Below are positions 25,220 to 35,378 of a DNA stretch of 64,000 nucleotides, in pieces. The notes below the pieces were generated by a model. It worked only from the letters and a program-made list of their open reading frames with translations. It was not told the origin of the DNA and made no database searches. Origin of the DNA: an uncultured bacterium (GTDB lineage Bacteria; Krumholzibacteriota; Krumholzibacteriia; Krumholzibacteriales; Krumholzibacteriaceae). Position numbers and translations under genes: made by a program. The stretch's first letter is position 1. The number at the start of each line of letters is the position of its first letter. The DNA is taken from positions 160,001 to 224,000 of the forward strand of contig CAWFAD010000016.1 of NCBI GenBank assembly GCA_963813815.1, in the 5' to 3' direction.

Positions 25220-27496
25220 ATGATGCGGAGGGGATCGTTCGCGGGGCTGATGTGCGCGGCGTTTCTTCTCGGCCCGGTCGCCGCGGCCGGCCAGCTGACG
25301 GGGCCGATCGTCGGCTGGGGCTCGCAGGTCGTCGTGGAGCAGTCGGCGATCGACAGCCTCTCGGCGCTGAGCTGCGGCTGGCAACACGCGCTGGGGCTCG
25401 CGTACGACAGCACGGTCGTGGCGTGGGGGAACAACGACAACGGACAGTGCGTCGTCCCCGCCTCGAATGCGGGCTTCGTAAAGGTGGCGGCGGGCGGATA
25501 TCACAGCCTGGCCCTCAAGGCCGACGGGACGATCGTGGCGTGGGGGCACAACTTCTACGGGCAGTGCAACGTTCCCGCGCCGAACTCCGGCTTCGCGGCG
25601 ATCGCCGCGGGAACGTATTACAGCCTCGGCCTCAGATCGGACGGATCGATCGTGGCGTGGGGGAGCAATACGTACGGGCAGTGCAACGTTCCCGTGCCGA
25701 ACTCCGGCTTCGCGTCGATCGCCTGCGGCGCCGAGCACAGCCTCGGGCTCAAATCCGGCGGGACCATCGTGGCGTGGGGGAGAAACGACTCCGGCCAGTG
25801 CCTCGTTCCCGCTCCGAACGAGAGCTTCACGGCGGTCGGGGCCGGCGGGTATCACAGCCTCGGGCTCAAGTCGACCGGGGCGATCGTGGCGTGGGGATAC
25901 AACTATTCCGGCCAGTGCAGCGTTCCCGCTCCGAACGAGGCGTTCGTCGCGATCGAGGGCGGCGGGTATCACAGCCTCGGACTCAAATCGTGGGGAGCGA
26001 TCGTGGCCTGGGGGTCGAACAGCGCCGGCCAGTGCACCGTTCCCGCGCCGAACGAGAGCTTCGCGAGAGTATCGGCGGGAGGATGGTACAGCATCGGCGG
26101 AAAATCCGACGGGACGATCGCGGCGTGGGGGATCAACGACTACGGCCAAAGGAACGTCCCGGCGCCGAACGCCGAATTGACGGCGGTCGCCGCGGGAACG
26201 GATCACGGCCTCGGTCTCAGGTCGGACGGAACGATCGCGGCGTGGGGAGGCAACTACTCCGGCCAGTGCAACATCCCCGGGCTGAACGAAGGCTACCGGG
26301 CGATCGCGGCGGGCTCGGCCCACAGCCTCGCGCTCAAGACCGCCGGGTGGATCGTGGCGTGGGGAGACAACTCGGAAGGCCAGTGCACCGTCCCCGATCC
26401 GAACGCCGGCTTCGCGTCGATCGCGGCGAACGGGTATCACAGCCTCGGACTCAAGACCGACGGCAGCGTCGCGGCATGGGGGTACAACGAGTTTTTCCAG
26501 TGCGACGTCCCCGCTCCGAACGAGAATTTCACGGCGATCGCCGCCGGCAATCTGCATAGCCTCGGACTCAAGTCCAACGGCTCCATCGTCGCATGGGGGT
26601 GGAATTTCTTCGGCCAGTGCGACGTTCCGTCGCAAAACGAAAATTTCACGGCGGTGGCCGCGGGCGCGAATCACAGCCTCGGGCTCAAATCCGACGGCTC
26701 GATCATGGCGTGGGGCGACAACGCGTCGGGCCAGTGCGCCGTCCCCGCTCCGAACGAGGAGTTCGTGGCGGTGGCGGCGGGATTCGATCACAGCCTCGGG
26801 ATCAAGTCCGACGGCTCGATCGTGGCGTGGGGCCTCAATGACTTCGGCCAGTGCGACGTTCTCGGTTCGAACTCGGGCTTCTCGGCGATCGCCGGCGGCG
26901 GGAGCCGCAGCCTCGCGGTCAGGCCCGGAGAGATCGTGGCCGTGGCGTTCACCTCAGTCGCCGCCGACTCGCGCGAGGGCGCCATCGTGCTCCATTGGGA
27001 AACGGCGGCGGATGAGGCGCTCGACGGATTTCGGCTCTATCGCGCCGCGCGCGACGAGGATTATTCGTGCATCACCGAGGGCCTCCTTTCGCCGTACGCG
27101 AGAAGCTACGAGGACTCCGGCGTCGAGCCGGGCGTGGAGTACCGCTACGTGGTCGCCGCGGTGACGGCGGACGGCCGCGAGATCCGCTCGGTCGAGATAA
27201 CGGCGTGGAGCGCGGCGGCGCGGCTCGCGCTCGACCAAAACGTCCCCAATCCGTTCAATCCCGGCACGACGATCGGATTTTCGACGCCGGGCGCGGAGCA
27301 CGTGCGGCTCGATGTCTACGATGTCGCGGGACGCCTCGTTCAGAGGCTCGTCGATCGGCCGATGCAGGCGGGCCGCCACCGGATCGAGTGGGACGGCCGG
27401 GACCGCGAGGGCCGCTCGGTCTCCTCGGGCGTGTATTTTTACCGGCTCACCGTCGGCAAGCAAACGTTCGCCAAAAAGATGGTTCTTCTGAAATAG
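25220..27496 (+). CDS. Secreted RCC1-repeat beta-propeller protein with FlgD-Ig/T9SS-like C-terminal domain
   Basis: GGAGGT RBS; 13 AWG.N..GQC repeats; LDQNVPNPFNP..T.I...GVYFYRL...KKMVLLK. Confidence 0.9.
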   Translation: MMRRGSFAGLMCAAFLLGPVAAAGQLTGPIVGWGSQVVVEQSAIDSLSALSCGWQHALGLAYDSTVVAWGNNDNGQCVVPASNAGFVKVAAGGYHSLALKADGTIVAWGHNFYGQCNVPAPNSGFAAIAAGTYYSLGLRSDGSIVAWGSNTYGQCNVPVPNSGFASIACGAEHSLGLKSGGTIVAWGRNDSGQCLVPAPNESFTAVGAGGYHSLGLKSTGAIVAWGYNYSGQCSVPAPNEAFVAIEGGGYHSLGLKSWGAIVAWGSNSAGQCTVPAPNESFARVSAGGWYSIGGKSDGTIAAWGINDYGQRNVPAPNAELTAVAAGTDHGLGLRSDGTIAAWGGNYSGQCNIPGLNEGYRAIAAGSAHSLALKTAGWIVAWGDNSEGQCTVPDPNAGFASIAANGYHSLGLKTDGSVAAWGYNEFFQCDVPAPNENFTAIAAGNLHSLGLKSNGSIVAWGWNFFGQCDVPSQNENFTAVAAGANHSLGLKSDGSIMAWGDNASGQCAVPAPNEEFVAVAAGFDHSLGIKSDGSIVAWGLNDFGQCDVLGSNSGFSAIAGGGSRSLAVRPGEIVAVAFTSVAADSREGAIVLHWETAADEALDGFRLYRAARDEDYSCITEGLLSPYARSYEDSGVEPGVEYRYVVAAVTADGREIRSVEITAWSAAARLALDQNVPNPFNPGTTIGFSTPGAEHVRLDVYDVAGRLVQRLVDRPMQAGRHRIEWDGRDREGRSVSSGVYFYRLTVGKQTFAKKMVLLK
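25421..26910 (+). repeat. Intragenic tandem repeat, 13 units of 117 bp (39 aa)
   Basis: Ala-Trp-Gly codons at 25421, 25538, 25655 ... 26825 (exact 117-bp period). Confidence 0.9.
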
Positions 27497-27529
27497 ATCG
27501 ACCCTCGACGCCTCACAGGGAGATCGCGC

Positions 27530-29038
27530 GTGAACGATATCCTCGTCGGCAAGGGCGAGCGGCAGGTCAGTCTGCTCGCGAAATACGGCAATCGGCACGG
27601 CCTCATCGCCGGCGCCACGGGCACCGGCAAGACGGTTTCCCTCATGGTGCTGGCGGAGGGGTTCTCGCGCCTCGGCGTGCCGGTGTTCATGGCGGACGTG
27701 AAGGGCGACGTCGCGGGGCTCGCGCTCGCCGGGGCCGCGAACGAGAAGATTGAGCGGCGCGTCGCCGAGATCGGCATCGAGGGGTACGCGAGCGAGGCGA
27801 GCCCGGTGATCTTCTGGGACCTCTACGGCGTCTCCGGCCATCCCGTGCGCGCGACGATCAGCGAGATCGGCCCGAATCTTCTCGGGCGGATGCTCGATCT
27901 GAACGACATCCAGATCGGGACGCTCGAGGTCGCCTTCAAGCTGGCGGACGAAGAAGGGCTGCTGCTCCTCGACCTCGACGATCTGCGTTCGCTCCTCTCC
28001 TTCGTCGCGGACAATCGCAAGGAGATCTCGACTCAGTACGGTCTCGTGAGCACGCAGTCCATCGCCGCCATTCAGCGCGCGCTCCTCGCGCTCGAGCGGG
28101 AAGGCGGAGAGGGGTTTTTCGGCGAGCCGGCGCTCGAGCTCGGCGACCTCATGCGCACCGATCTCAACGGCCGCGGCGTCGTCAATATCCTCGCCGCCGA
28201 CCAGCTGATACTGAAGCCCCGGCTCTACTCGAGCTTTCTCCTGTGGTTTCTCTCGGAGCTCTTCGAGAACCTTCCCGAGGTGGGCGATCTCGAGAAGCCG
28301 CGGCTCGTCTTTTTCTTCGACGAGGCCCATCTGCTCTTCGAGGACGCCCCGCCCGCCCTGCGCCAGCGGGTCGAGCAGGTCGTGAGGATCATCCGTTCCA
28401 AGGGCGTCGGCGTATACTTCTGCTCTCAGTTCCCGGACGACGTGCCGAACGAGATCCTCGGCCAGCTCGGAAACCGCATCCAGCACGCGCTGCGGGCCTT
28501 TACGCCGAGGGACCAGAAGGCGGTGCGCACCGCCGCCGAAACGTTCGCCGCGAATCCCGCCCTCGACGTCGCCGGTGTCATCTCTCAGCTCGGCGTCGGC
28601 GAGGCCCTCGTGTCAACGCTTCAGGAGAAAGGCGTTCCGATGCCCGTCGAGCGCGCGCTGATATGTCCGCCGCGCTGCAGGATCGGCGCGATAACGCCCG
28701 AGGAGCGCGCGGTCGTTCGCGCGAGAAGCCCGCTCGGGGGGAAGTACGATACCCCCGTGAACCGCGAGTCGGCCTACGAGATTCTGAGCCGGAGGAACGC
28801 CCCGGAGGCGGCCGCGTCGCCGGAGCGGACCCCCGACCCGCGCGCGGGGCGGCCCGAGCCCGGACCGAAACCGGAAGGGGGCGGGCGCCTCGGCGATCTG
28901 CTCTGGGGGACCAAGCGCCGCCAGGGCATGGTGGAAAGCATGGCGAAGCAGGCCGCCCGCACCGTCGGCAGCCAGATCGGCCGGCAGATTATGCGCGGAG
29001 TGCTGGGCGGCATTCTCGGCGGATCTCGTCGCCGGTAG
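27530..29038 (+). CDS. HerA-like ATPase, DUF853/YjgR family
   Basis: NRHGLIAGATGTGKT, FFFDEAHLLF, QLGNRIQHALRAFTP. Confidence 0.92.
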   Translation: MNDILVGKGERQVSLLAKYGNRHGLIAGATGTGKTVSLMVLAEGFSRLGVPVFMADVKGDVAGLALAGAANEKIERRVAEIGIEGYASEASPVIFWDLYGVSGHPVRATISEIGPNLLGRMLDLNDIQIGTLEVAFKLADEEGLLLLDLDDLRSLLSFVADNRKEISTQYGLVSTQSIAAIQRALLALEREGGEGFFGEPALELGDLMRTDLNGRGVVNILAADQLILKPRLYSSFLLWFLSELFENLPEVGDLEKPRLVFFFDEAHLLFEDAPPALRQRVEQVVRIIRSKGVGVYFCSQFPDDVPNEILGQLGNRIQHALRAFTPRDQKAVRTAAETFAANPALDVAGVISQLGVGEALVSTLQEKGVPMPVERALICPPRCRIGAITPEERAVVRARSPLGGKYDTPVNRESAYEILSRRNAPEAAASPERTPDPRAGRPEPGPKPEGGGRLGDLLWGTKRRQGMVESMAKQAARTVGSQIGRQIMRGVLGGILGGSRRR

Positions 29039-29077
29039 CGCGAGGGCGCGCCGGCCCCCTCCGGAGAGTGATGCGTC

Positions 29078-29482
29078 ATGAGATCGTCCCGCACGATAGT
29101 CGTTGGCTTGCTTTTGCTCGCGCTCCTGCCCGCCGCCGCCCTCGGCGGCTCGAGGCAGGACAGGGCTCTCGCGAAGGAGATCGCGAGGCTCGAGAAGCGG
29201 ATCGCGTTTCTCGAGGAGCGCATTCGCCTGCTCGAAATCGAGATCGCGAGGTTTTCCGGGGGCCCGGCCGCCCCGCCGGAGCTCCGGCCGGCCCCGCTCG
29301 ACGCCTGGAAGATGCTCGCGATCGGAATGTCCCGGCGGGAGGTTCGGCTCCTGCTCGGACCGCCCGACGAAATAGCCCCTCATTCGTACCTCGAGATCTG
29401 GAATTACTCGAGATCGTACGGCGCGCCGTGCAGCGTCACTTTCGACGAAGAGGGGCGCGTGGAGAGCTGGACGGCGCCCTGA
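29078..29482 (+). CDS. Secreted hypothetical protein (coiled coil + BamE/SmpA-like C-terminus)
   Basis: Signal peptide; GMSRREVRLLLGPP...W.Y. Confidence 0.65.
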   Translation: MRSSRTIVVGLLLLALLPAAALGGSRQDRALAKEIARLEKRIAFLEERIRLLEIEIARFSGGPAAPPELRPAPLDAWKMLAIGMSRREVRLLLGPPDEIAPHSYLEIWNYSRSYGAPCSVTFDEEGRVESWTAP

Positions 29483-29533
29483 CGGCGGCGTCCGCGACGC
29501 CCTGCGCGGAGGGCGCGAGAAAGGGAGAGACAC

Positions 29534-30217
29534 TTGGCGCAGCCCTACGTGACCGACTCGACGATCGCGGCGAAAGCGGCGGGATGGCTCGAGCGGATCG
29601 CCCCGTATAACCGGCACGAGATGGAGCTTCGCGCGGAGAAGAGCGCGCTCATCGTCGTCGACATGCAGGTCTTCTTTCTCGATCCCGCGTCGCCGACGTA
29701 CACCTGCGGCGGGCCGGCCGTCATTCCGACCGTCTCGCGCCTCGTGGCGGCGTTTCGGGCGGCGGGGCGCCCGGTCATTTTTACGCGGCACGTGCACCAC
29801 GCGGACGATCTCGACAGCGGCATCATGGGCTGGTGGTGGATCGGGAAGTGCATCGAGGGGAGCCCGGAGAGCGAGATCCATCCCGCCCTCGCGCCGCTGC
29901 CGCGGGAGAAGGTCGTCCTCAAGCATCGCTACTCGGCGTTCTACAACACGGATCTCGAAACGATCCTTCGCTGCCTCGGGATCGAGGACGTCGTCGTCTG
30001 CGGAATCATGACGAATCTGTGCTGCGAATCGACCGCGCGCGACGCGTATTTCCGCGATTACCGGGTTTTCATACCGGCCGACGGCACCGGGTCGATCGAC
30101 GAGGATCTGCACGTGGCGAGCCTCATGGGCCTCGCCTTCGGTTTCGCGTTCGTGACGACCGGAGACGCCGTCGTCTCGCGCCTGCGTACCGGGGCCGAGC
30201 CCCGGGGAACGCCATGA
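29534..30217 (+). CDS. Isochorismatase-family cysteine hydrolase
   Basis: ALIVVDMQ, KHRYSAFYNTDL, GIMTNLCCESTARDA. Confidence 0.9.
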   Translation: MAQPYVTDSTIAAKAAGWLERIAPYNRHEMELRAEKSALIVVDMQVFFLDPASPTYTCGGPAVIPTVSRLVAAFRAAGRPVIFTRHVHHADDLDSGIMGWWWIGKCIEGSPESEIHPALAPLPREKVVLKHRYSAFYNTDLETILRCLGIEDVVVCGIMTNLCCESTARDAYFRDYRVFIPADGTGSIDEDLHVASLMGLAFGFAFVTTGDAVVSRLRTGAEPRGTP

Positions 30218-30984
30218 GCGCGCTCTTCGAAAAGAAGCGGATCGGGCTGGCCCTCGGGGGCGGTTCCGTGCTCGGCGCGGCGCACGTCGGCGTCCTGCGC
30301 GCCATCGACGAGTTCGGCATTCCGATCGCCTGCGTCGCGGGAACGAGCATCGGCGCCTTTATCGGCGCCCTCCACGCGTTCGGCAAATCCTGGCGCGAGA
30401 TAGAGGAGATAGCGCTCGACACGAAATGGCTCGACGTCTCGCGGCTGTCGCTCTCCCAGTACGGGCTCCTCTCGAACAAGCGTCTCGGCAAGGCGCTGAC
30501 CGGCGCGATCGGCGGCGTGAAGTTCGCCGACGCCCGCATTCCGCTCGCCGTCGTCGCGACGGATATCGGAAAGGGAGAGAGGGCGGTGCTGATCGAAGGG
30601 AACGTCGCCGAGGCGGTCATGGCGAGCAGCTGCATCCCCGGCGTGTTCATTCCGGTCGAGATCGGCGGCCGGATGCTCGTCGACGGCGGCGTCATGGAGA
30701 ACGTGCCGGTCTCGCCGCTGCGCGACATGGGGGCTGAGGTCGTCATAGGAGTCGATCTCACCACGAACCACTCGTTCAAGAGGCCGGAGCATCTCGTCGG
30801 CGTGCTGCTCAACACCTTCGGGATCACGCTCCGCAACGCAACGATGTTTCAGGCGAACCGGGCGGACATTCTCATCGCGCCGGACCTATCGGCCTTCAAC
30901 GCCATCGACACGGATCAGGTGGCGAAGCTCATCGCGATCGGCTACTCGAAAGCGAGCGAAACGTTTCGCGGGCTCCTTGCGTGA
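30214..30984 (+). CDS. Patatin-like phospholipase
   Basis: LALGGG, GTSIG, VDGG motifs. Confidence 0.9.
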   Translation: MSALFEKKRIGLALGGGSVLGAAHVGVLRAIDEFGIPIACVAGTSIGAFIGALHAFGKSWREIEEIALDTKWLDVSRLSLSQYGLLSNKRLGKALTGAIGGVKFADARIPLAVVATDIGKGERAVLIEGNVAEAVMASSCIPGVFIPVEIGGRMLVDGGVMENVPVSPLRDMGAEVVIGVDLTTNHSFKRPEHLVGVLLNTFGITLRNATMFQANRADILIAPDLSAFNAIDTDQVAKLIAIGYSKASETFRGLLA

Positions 30985-31020
30985 TCGACAGCCCCGGAGG
31001 TTTGTGGTATCGTGCCGGCC

Positions 31021-31329
31021 ATGAGCGGCGGTGAACGCGGCGCGGACGCGCCCGGACCGGATCTGGTCTGCGTCTTCCGCGCCGGCGACGAAGGCCTCGT
31101 TGGCATCGTCAAATCGATTCTCGACGGGGAAGAAATTCTCTACATCGCGCGCGGCGCGGAGATGCAGGACCTCTTCGGCGTGGGGCGCATCGGCGGCGGT
31201 TTCAACTACGTCGTCGGCCCCGTCGAATTCATGGTGCGGCCGGAGGACGCCGATCGCGCCCGCGCCGTGCTCGACGCCCTGCGCGAGGGATTCCTGAGCG
31301 GCGGCGCGGCCGAACCCGAGGACGCCTGA
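31021..31329 (+). CDS. DUF2007-domain protein
   Basis: IVKSILDGEEI...VEFMVRPEDADRARAVL. Confidence 0.7.
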   Translation: MSGGERGADAPGPDLVCVFRAGDEGLVGIVKSILDGEEILYIARGAEMQDLFGVGRIGGGFNYVVGPVEFMVRPEDADRARAVLDALREGFLSGGAAEPEDA

Positions 31330-31381
31330 CCTTCTTTCGCGGAGCCGCCCGTCGCGGCGCCCCCTTTCGCTCGAGCTTCCC

Positions 31382-32890
31382 TCAGAGAGATCGTTCGATC
31401 GCGGCCGTGAGCTTCGCGCCCCGCAAATCCTCGCCCCACGCCGCGAGGGCGCCGTCCCGCCCCACGAGGAAGGGGGACGGAATGCTTCCCACGAACCAGC
31501 GCTTCACGGGTCCGGCGTTCCAGCCCGATCCGTCGTAGACGTGGCGCCAGGTCATGCCGTGCGCCGCGACCGAGTCGCGGAGGGCCGGGACGCTCACGCG
31601 GTCGGCGTAGTCGAGCGAGATCGACACGATCTCGAGGCCCCGTTCGTGATATTTCGCGTACGCGGCCGCGATCCCGGGAAGCTCGCGCCGGCACGGCGGG
31701 CACCACGTGGCCCAGAAGTCGACGAGCAGGACCTTGCCCGCGTACTCGTCGAGCGACACCGGCATGCCGTCGATGTCGGAGACCTCGAGCGAAATCGGCC
31801 ACATGAGACGGACGGCGTCCGGGCCGAGCTGCGTCGCGACGACGCGGTAGAAATGCCGGTCGTCGGCGCACTCGTCGACGAGCGCCGCGAGCTCCTTGCC
31901 GAGGTCGGCGTCGTCGGCGCCGGGGGATTTCGCCTTGTTGGCGATCCTGAGGGCGCGCGCGGCGCCGTAGAACTCGCTCCCCGCGATAATCTTGTCGAGG
32001 TATGCGTCAGCCGCGCGGTAGCTCTCGACGCGGAGCGGATCGGCGGCCCGGTGCTTGAGCGAGAGGGCCATGGCCGCGAGGTAGCTCGCCTCCGCGAGTC
32101 CGGTGGGGCCGGGCGAGGAGAGCAGGTATTCGTCGGTCTCGCGCTTGACGAGATCCGATACGGAGCCCCATCCGGGCATGTAGAACGACGAGAGCCGGCT
32201 CGACGCGCGCACCCGCTCGAGCCCGGCGTCGTACGACGAATCGCCTGCCTTCAACTTCTTCATGTTCGCGAGATAGCGCGCGGCGTGCTCCGTCTGGGAA
32301 GAGAGATACTGGGCGTAGGTCCAAAACGAGCGGTTCGCCGCGAGCAGCCCGTCCTGCCGTTCCTTCCACTGAGCGAGGGACGCCTCGGAAGCGAAGGTGT
32401 CGGAAGCGGCGTCGAACTCGGGAAGCCCGCGGGAGAGGAACGCCGTGTTTTTTTCGTAGTTCGCCTGCGCCCGCTCGACGAGGGCGCCGAAGCGGGTATC
32501 GCCCCGGAGGGACTCGAGATCCGGATCCTCCTCGAGCATGGAGGGCTGGTCCAAGCCGCCCGCGATGGAGCGCTCGAGCGACCGGACGGCCTCGTCCGTC
32601 CTGCCGGAGCGCGCATAGGCGCACGCGAGCGCGTACGGCGGGACCGTCGAGGAGGGCATCGCCTTTTCGACCTCGCTCAGCTTCGCGAGGGCGCTGTCGA
32701 CGCCGGCGCTTTCGAGGAGCTTGAAGGCGTCGCCGAGGAGCTCGTTGACGCGCGTGAGCGTTTGCTCGTCATAGAACGGCGCCGCGGCCGGCCGGCCCGG
32801 CTCTTTCCGGGCGCACGAAAGGGCCGCGAGCGAGAGCGCGAGGGCGAGGATGCCGAGGCGGAGGGGCGAAAGACGCGCGGACTGTTTCAT
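31382..32890 (-). CDS. Lipoprotein with TPR-like N-terminus and TlpA-type thioredoxin domain
   Basis: Lipobox LSC; YALACAYA; LVDFWATWCPPC. Confidence 0.85.
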   Translation of the reverse strand: MKQSARLSPLRLGILALALSLAALSCARKEPGRPAAAPFYDEQTLTRVNELLGDAFKLLESAGVDSALAKLSEVEKAMPSSTVPPYALACAYARSGRTDEAVRSLERSIAGGLDQPSMLEEDPDLESLRGDTRFGALVERAQANYEKNTAFLSRGLPEFDAASDTFASEASLAQWKERQDGLLAANRSFWTYAQYLSSQTEHAARYLANMKKLKAGDSSYDAGLERVRASSRLSSFYMPGWGSVSDLVKRETDEYLLSSPGPTGLAEASYLAAMALSLKHRAADPLRVESYRAADAYLDKIIAGSEFYGAARALRIANKAKSPGADDADLGKELAALVDECADDRHFYRVVATQLGPDAVRLMWPISLEVSDIDGMPVSLDEYAGKVLLVDFWATWCPPCRRELPGIAAAYAKYHERGLEIVSISLDYADRVSVPALRDSVAAHGMTWRHVYDGSGWNAGPVKRWFVGSIPSPFLVGRDGALAAWGEDLRGAKLTAAIERSL

Positions 32891-33071
32891 CGTTCACCTG
32901 CTTCGAGTTGGGGCCGGCGAATGTCGAACAAAACCGCTGAACAGTATATGAGAAACTCCCCGTTCGTTCACCCGATTTTTCGGAGCGGTTCGGCAAGGCG
33001 AATCCGGATGCGCGCTCGGGCCATCTGTGATACCATGGTGCCCGAATGGTCGGCGGCGAACCGGACGAATC

Positions 33072-33497
33072 ATGATACAGACGGAGAACGGCATACGGAT
33101 CGGCGACTCGGAGCTCGTCTTCGAGTTCATTCGTGCGTCGGGGCCCGGCGGTCAGAACGTGAACAAGGTCGCGACCGCGGTCCGCTTGCGGTTCAACGCG
33201 CTCGGTTCGACCTCCCTGCCGGCGGACGTTCGCCGCAGGCTCCTCGCGCTCGCGGGGCGGCGGGCGGGAGCGGACGGCGTGATCACGATCCGGGCGGAGC
33301 GGCACCGGACGCAGGAGGCGAACCGTCGCGACGCCGTCGAGCGGCTCGCCGAGCTCGTGCGCCGTGCCGCCGTGCCGCCGAAGAGGCGGCGGGAGACGAG
33401 GCCCACCGTCTCGTCGCGGGAGCGGAGGCTCGAATCGAAGCGCCGTCGCGCGCGGGAGAAACGCGGCCGCGGTCGCCCCGAGCCCGAGGGCGACTGA
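33072..33497 (+). CDS. arfB: Alternative ribosome rescue peptidyl-tRNA hydrolase
   Basis: RASGPGGQNVNKV, RTQEANR, basic C-terminal tail. Confidence 0.9.
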   Translation: MIQTENGIRIGDSELVFEFIRASGPGGQNVNKVATAVRLRFNALGSTSLPADVRRRLLALAGRRAGADGVITIRAERHRTQEANRRDAVERLAELVRRAAVPPKRRRETRPTVSSRERRLESKRRRAREKRGRGRPEPEGD

Positions 33498-33531
33498 TTC
33501 AAGGGTAGCGGGCTGAACGGAGGGTGGAGGA

Positions 33532-34338
33532 ATGCGCGGAGCGAAATTGCTTTTCGCGGCGCTCGCGATCGCCTCGTGCGCGCGGGCGGCCGAGGCCGGG
33601 GACGGATCGAAAATCTACCTGCGGCTTGACGTCGGCGGCAGCATGCATCCGAGCGACCAGAATCTCGAGACGGCCTACTATACGACCGGCCCGGACTATG
33701 ACATCTTCACCGACCGGCAGACGCAGATGCTGTATCATTTCGATCAAAAGTTCGGAGCGTCGATTGCGGGCGCGGTGGGCTACCGCCTGACGAATACACT
33801 CGCATGCGAATGCGCCCTCGGCTACACGGGCTACTTCATCAACGAGATCAATCAGGACAGCCGCCACACCTGTCTGCAAGACGAATCGATCGACCATCCC
33901 GACGCGGAATGCGCCGATTTCAGCTCGATCGTCATCCGCCCGGCGCTGAAATTCAAACCCGCCTCGCAGGGGAAGATAGCCTTATATATCTCGGCCGGCG
34001 CTGACGTAGCGATTCTCTCGGCCTCCGGCGAGCTGGCTTTCGAGGCGCCCGGAACCTCGATCGAACTGGCGGCGCCGGAGGTGGTCCCGCTCGAATTCGA
34101 CGGCTCCGATGTGGTGCTCGGGCTCGATATCGAAAGCGGGATCGAGTTCGCGCTCTCGCCCACCGTGGCGCTGCACGTCGGCGCTTCATATATCGCCATG
34201 CAGAAGGCGTTCGAGGACTTCCACGAGATCGTCGTCGATGCGGATCTCGCCGACGAGCTCGAGGGCATCGGTTACTCGTTCGACGGGATGAGCTTTTCGG
34301 GTTTGCGGGCGGTTGCGGGCGTGATATGGTATCCATGA
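33532..34338 (+). CDS. Putative outer-membrane beta-barrel protein
   Basis: Signal peptide, alternating beta strands, C-terminal GVIWYP. Confidence 0.6.
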   Translation: MRGAKLLFAALAIASCARAAEAGDGSKIYLRLDVGGSMHPSDQNLETAYYTTGPDYDIFTDRQTQMLYHFDQKFGASIAGAVGYRLTNTLACECALGYTGYFINEINQDSRHTCLQDESIDHPDAECADFSSIVIRPALKFKPASQGKIALYISAGADVAILSASGELAFEAPGTSIELAAPEVVPLEFDGSDVVLGLDIESGIEFALSPTVALHVGASYIAMQKAFEDFHEIVVDADLADELEGIGYSFDGMSFSGLRAVAGVIWYP

Positions 34339-34342
34339 GAAC

Positions 34343-34885
34343 ATGAGAAAAGCGCGAACGAGCATAACCGCTCTCATCGGAGCGCTCTGCGTCGCGGCCG
34401 GCTGCGGCACGGACGTGCCCGAAGGCCTCGAGCCCGTCACGGGCTTCGAGCTCGAGCGCTATCTCGGCTCGTGGTACGAGATCGCGCGGCTCGATCACAG
34501 CTTCGAGCGGGGTCTCGCGAACGTGACGGCGGAGTACTCCCTGCGCGAAGACGGCGGCGTAACCGTGCTGAACAAGGGGTACGACGGCGCCCGGCTGAAA
34601 TGGAAGGAAGCCCGCGGCCGAGCGAAGTTCATCGGCGATCCGTCGACGGGCAGTCTCAAAGTCTCGTTCTTCGGCCCCTTCTGGGGCGGCTACCACATTA
34701 TCGCTCTCGACGCCGAAGGGTACCGCTGGGCGATGGTGGCCGGCCCGAGCCGGTCGTACCTCTGGATTCTCTCGCGCGAGCCTTCTCTCGATCCCGCCGT
34801 TGCCGCGGACCTCGTGGAGAAGGCCCGGCGTTGGGGATTCGAGACCGGCAAGCTCATATTCGTCGAGCACACGGCGAATCGATGA
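34343..34885 (+). CDS. blc: Bacterial lipocalin (Blc-like lipoprotein)
   Basis: YLGSWYEIARLDHSFERG, LKVSFFGPF, YLWILSR. Confidence 0.9.
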   Translation: MRKARTSITALIGALCVAAGCGTDVPEGLEPVTGFELERYLGSWYEIARLDHSFERGLANVTAEYSLREDGGVTVLNKGYDGARLKWKEARGRAKFIGDPSTGSLKVSFFGPFWGGYHIIALDAEGYRWAMVAGPSRSYLWILSREPSLDPAVAADLVEKARRWGFETGKLIFVEHTANR

Positions 34886-34910
34886 CCCGACATCCTCGAG
34901 GAGGAACACC

Positions 34911-35378
34911 GTGATGGTAATGGCGATTCTCCTTGCCGCGGCCGCCGTCGTTCTGCTCGCGTTCGGTTTTCTGAAAAAGCAGTATGAACCCGTCCTCCTC
35001 GCCCGGCGCGCGAGATGGTGGCTGCGCGCCGCGCTCATTCTCATGGCGGCCTTCGCCGGATTCTGGGCATTCTTCGGCGTCGGCGAGATGATTGGCGGAG
35101 ACACGAGCGGCGTCATGCATCTCGTCCCCTCGGCGATCATCGTTCTGCTCATGCTCGCCGCGAGACGCCGCCCGTTCGAGGGCGGGATCGTCCTCATGGT
35201 GATCGGAACGCTCGTCACCATAGCCGCGTTCGGCGCGCACCGCGGAGGCTGGCCCCAGTACATCATGGTGGCGCTCATCACGGGGGTTCCGCTGCTCGCG
35301 GCCGGCATTCTCCTTCTCGTGGCGACGGCGTCGGGGGCGAAGCGCGCCGGCCGGCCCGCCGACCCGCCCGGAGCATGA
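34911..35378 (+). CDS. Membrane protein of unknown function
   Basis: GAGGAGG RBS; five hydrophobic helices. Confidence 0.7.
   Translation: MMVMAILLAAAAVVLLAFGFLKKQYEPVLLARRARWWLRAALILMAAFAGFWAFFGVGEMIGGDTSGVMHLVPSAIIVLLMLAARRRPFEGGIVLMVIGTLVTIAAFGAHRGGWPQYIMVALITGVPLLAAGILLLVATASGAKRAGRPADPPGA

Noticed and set aside
25421..26910. Diversity-generating retroelement target
   Set aside because: No reverse transcriptase or non-coding template repeat in the window; NNC codons are expected in a high-GC genome
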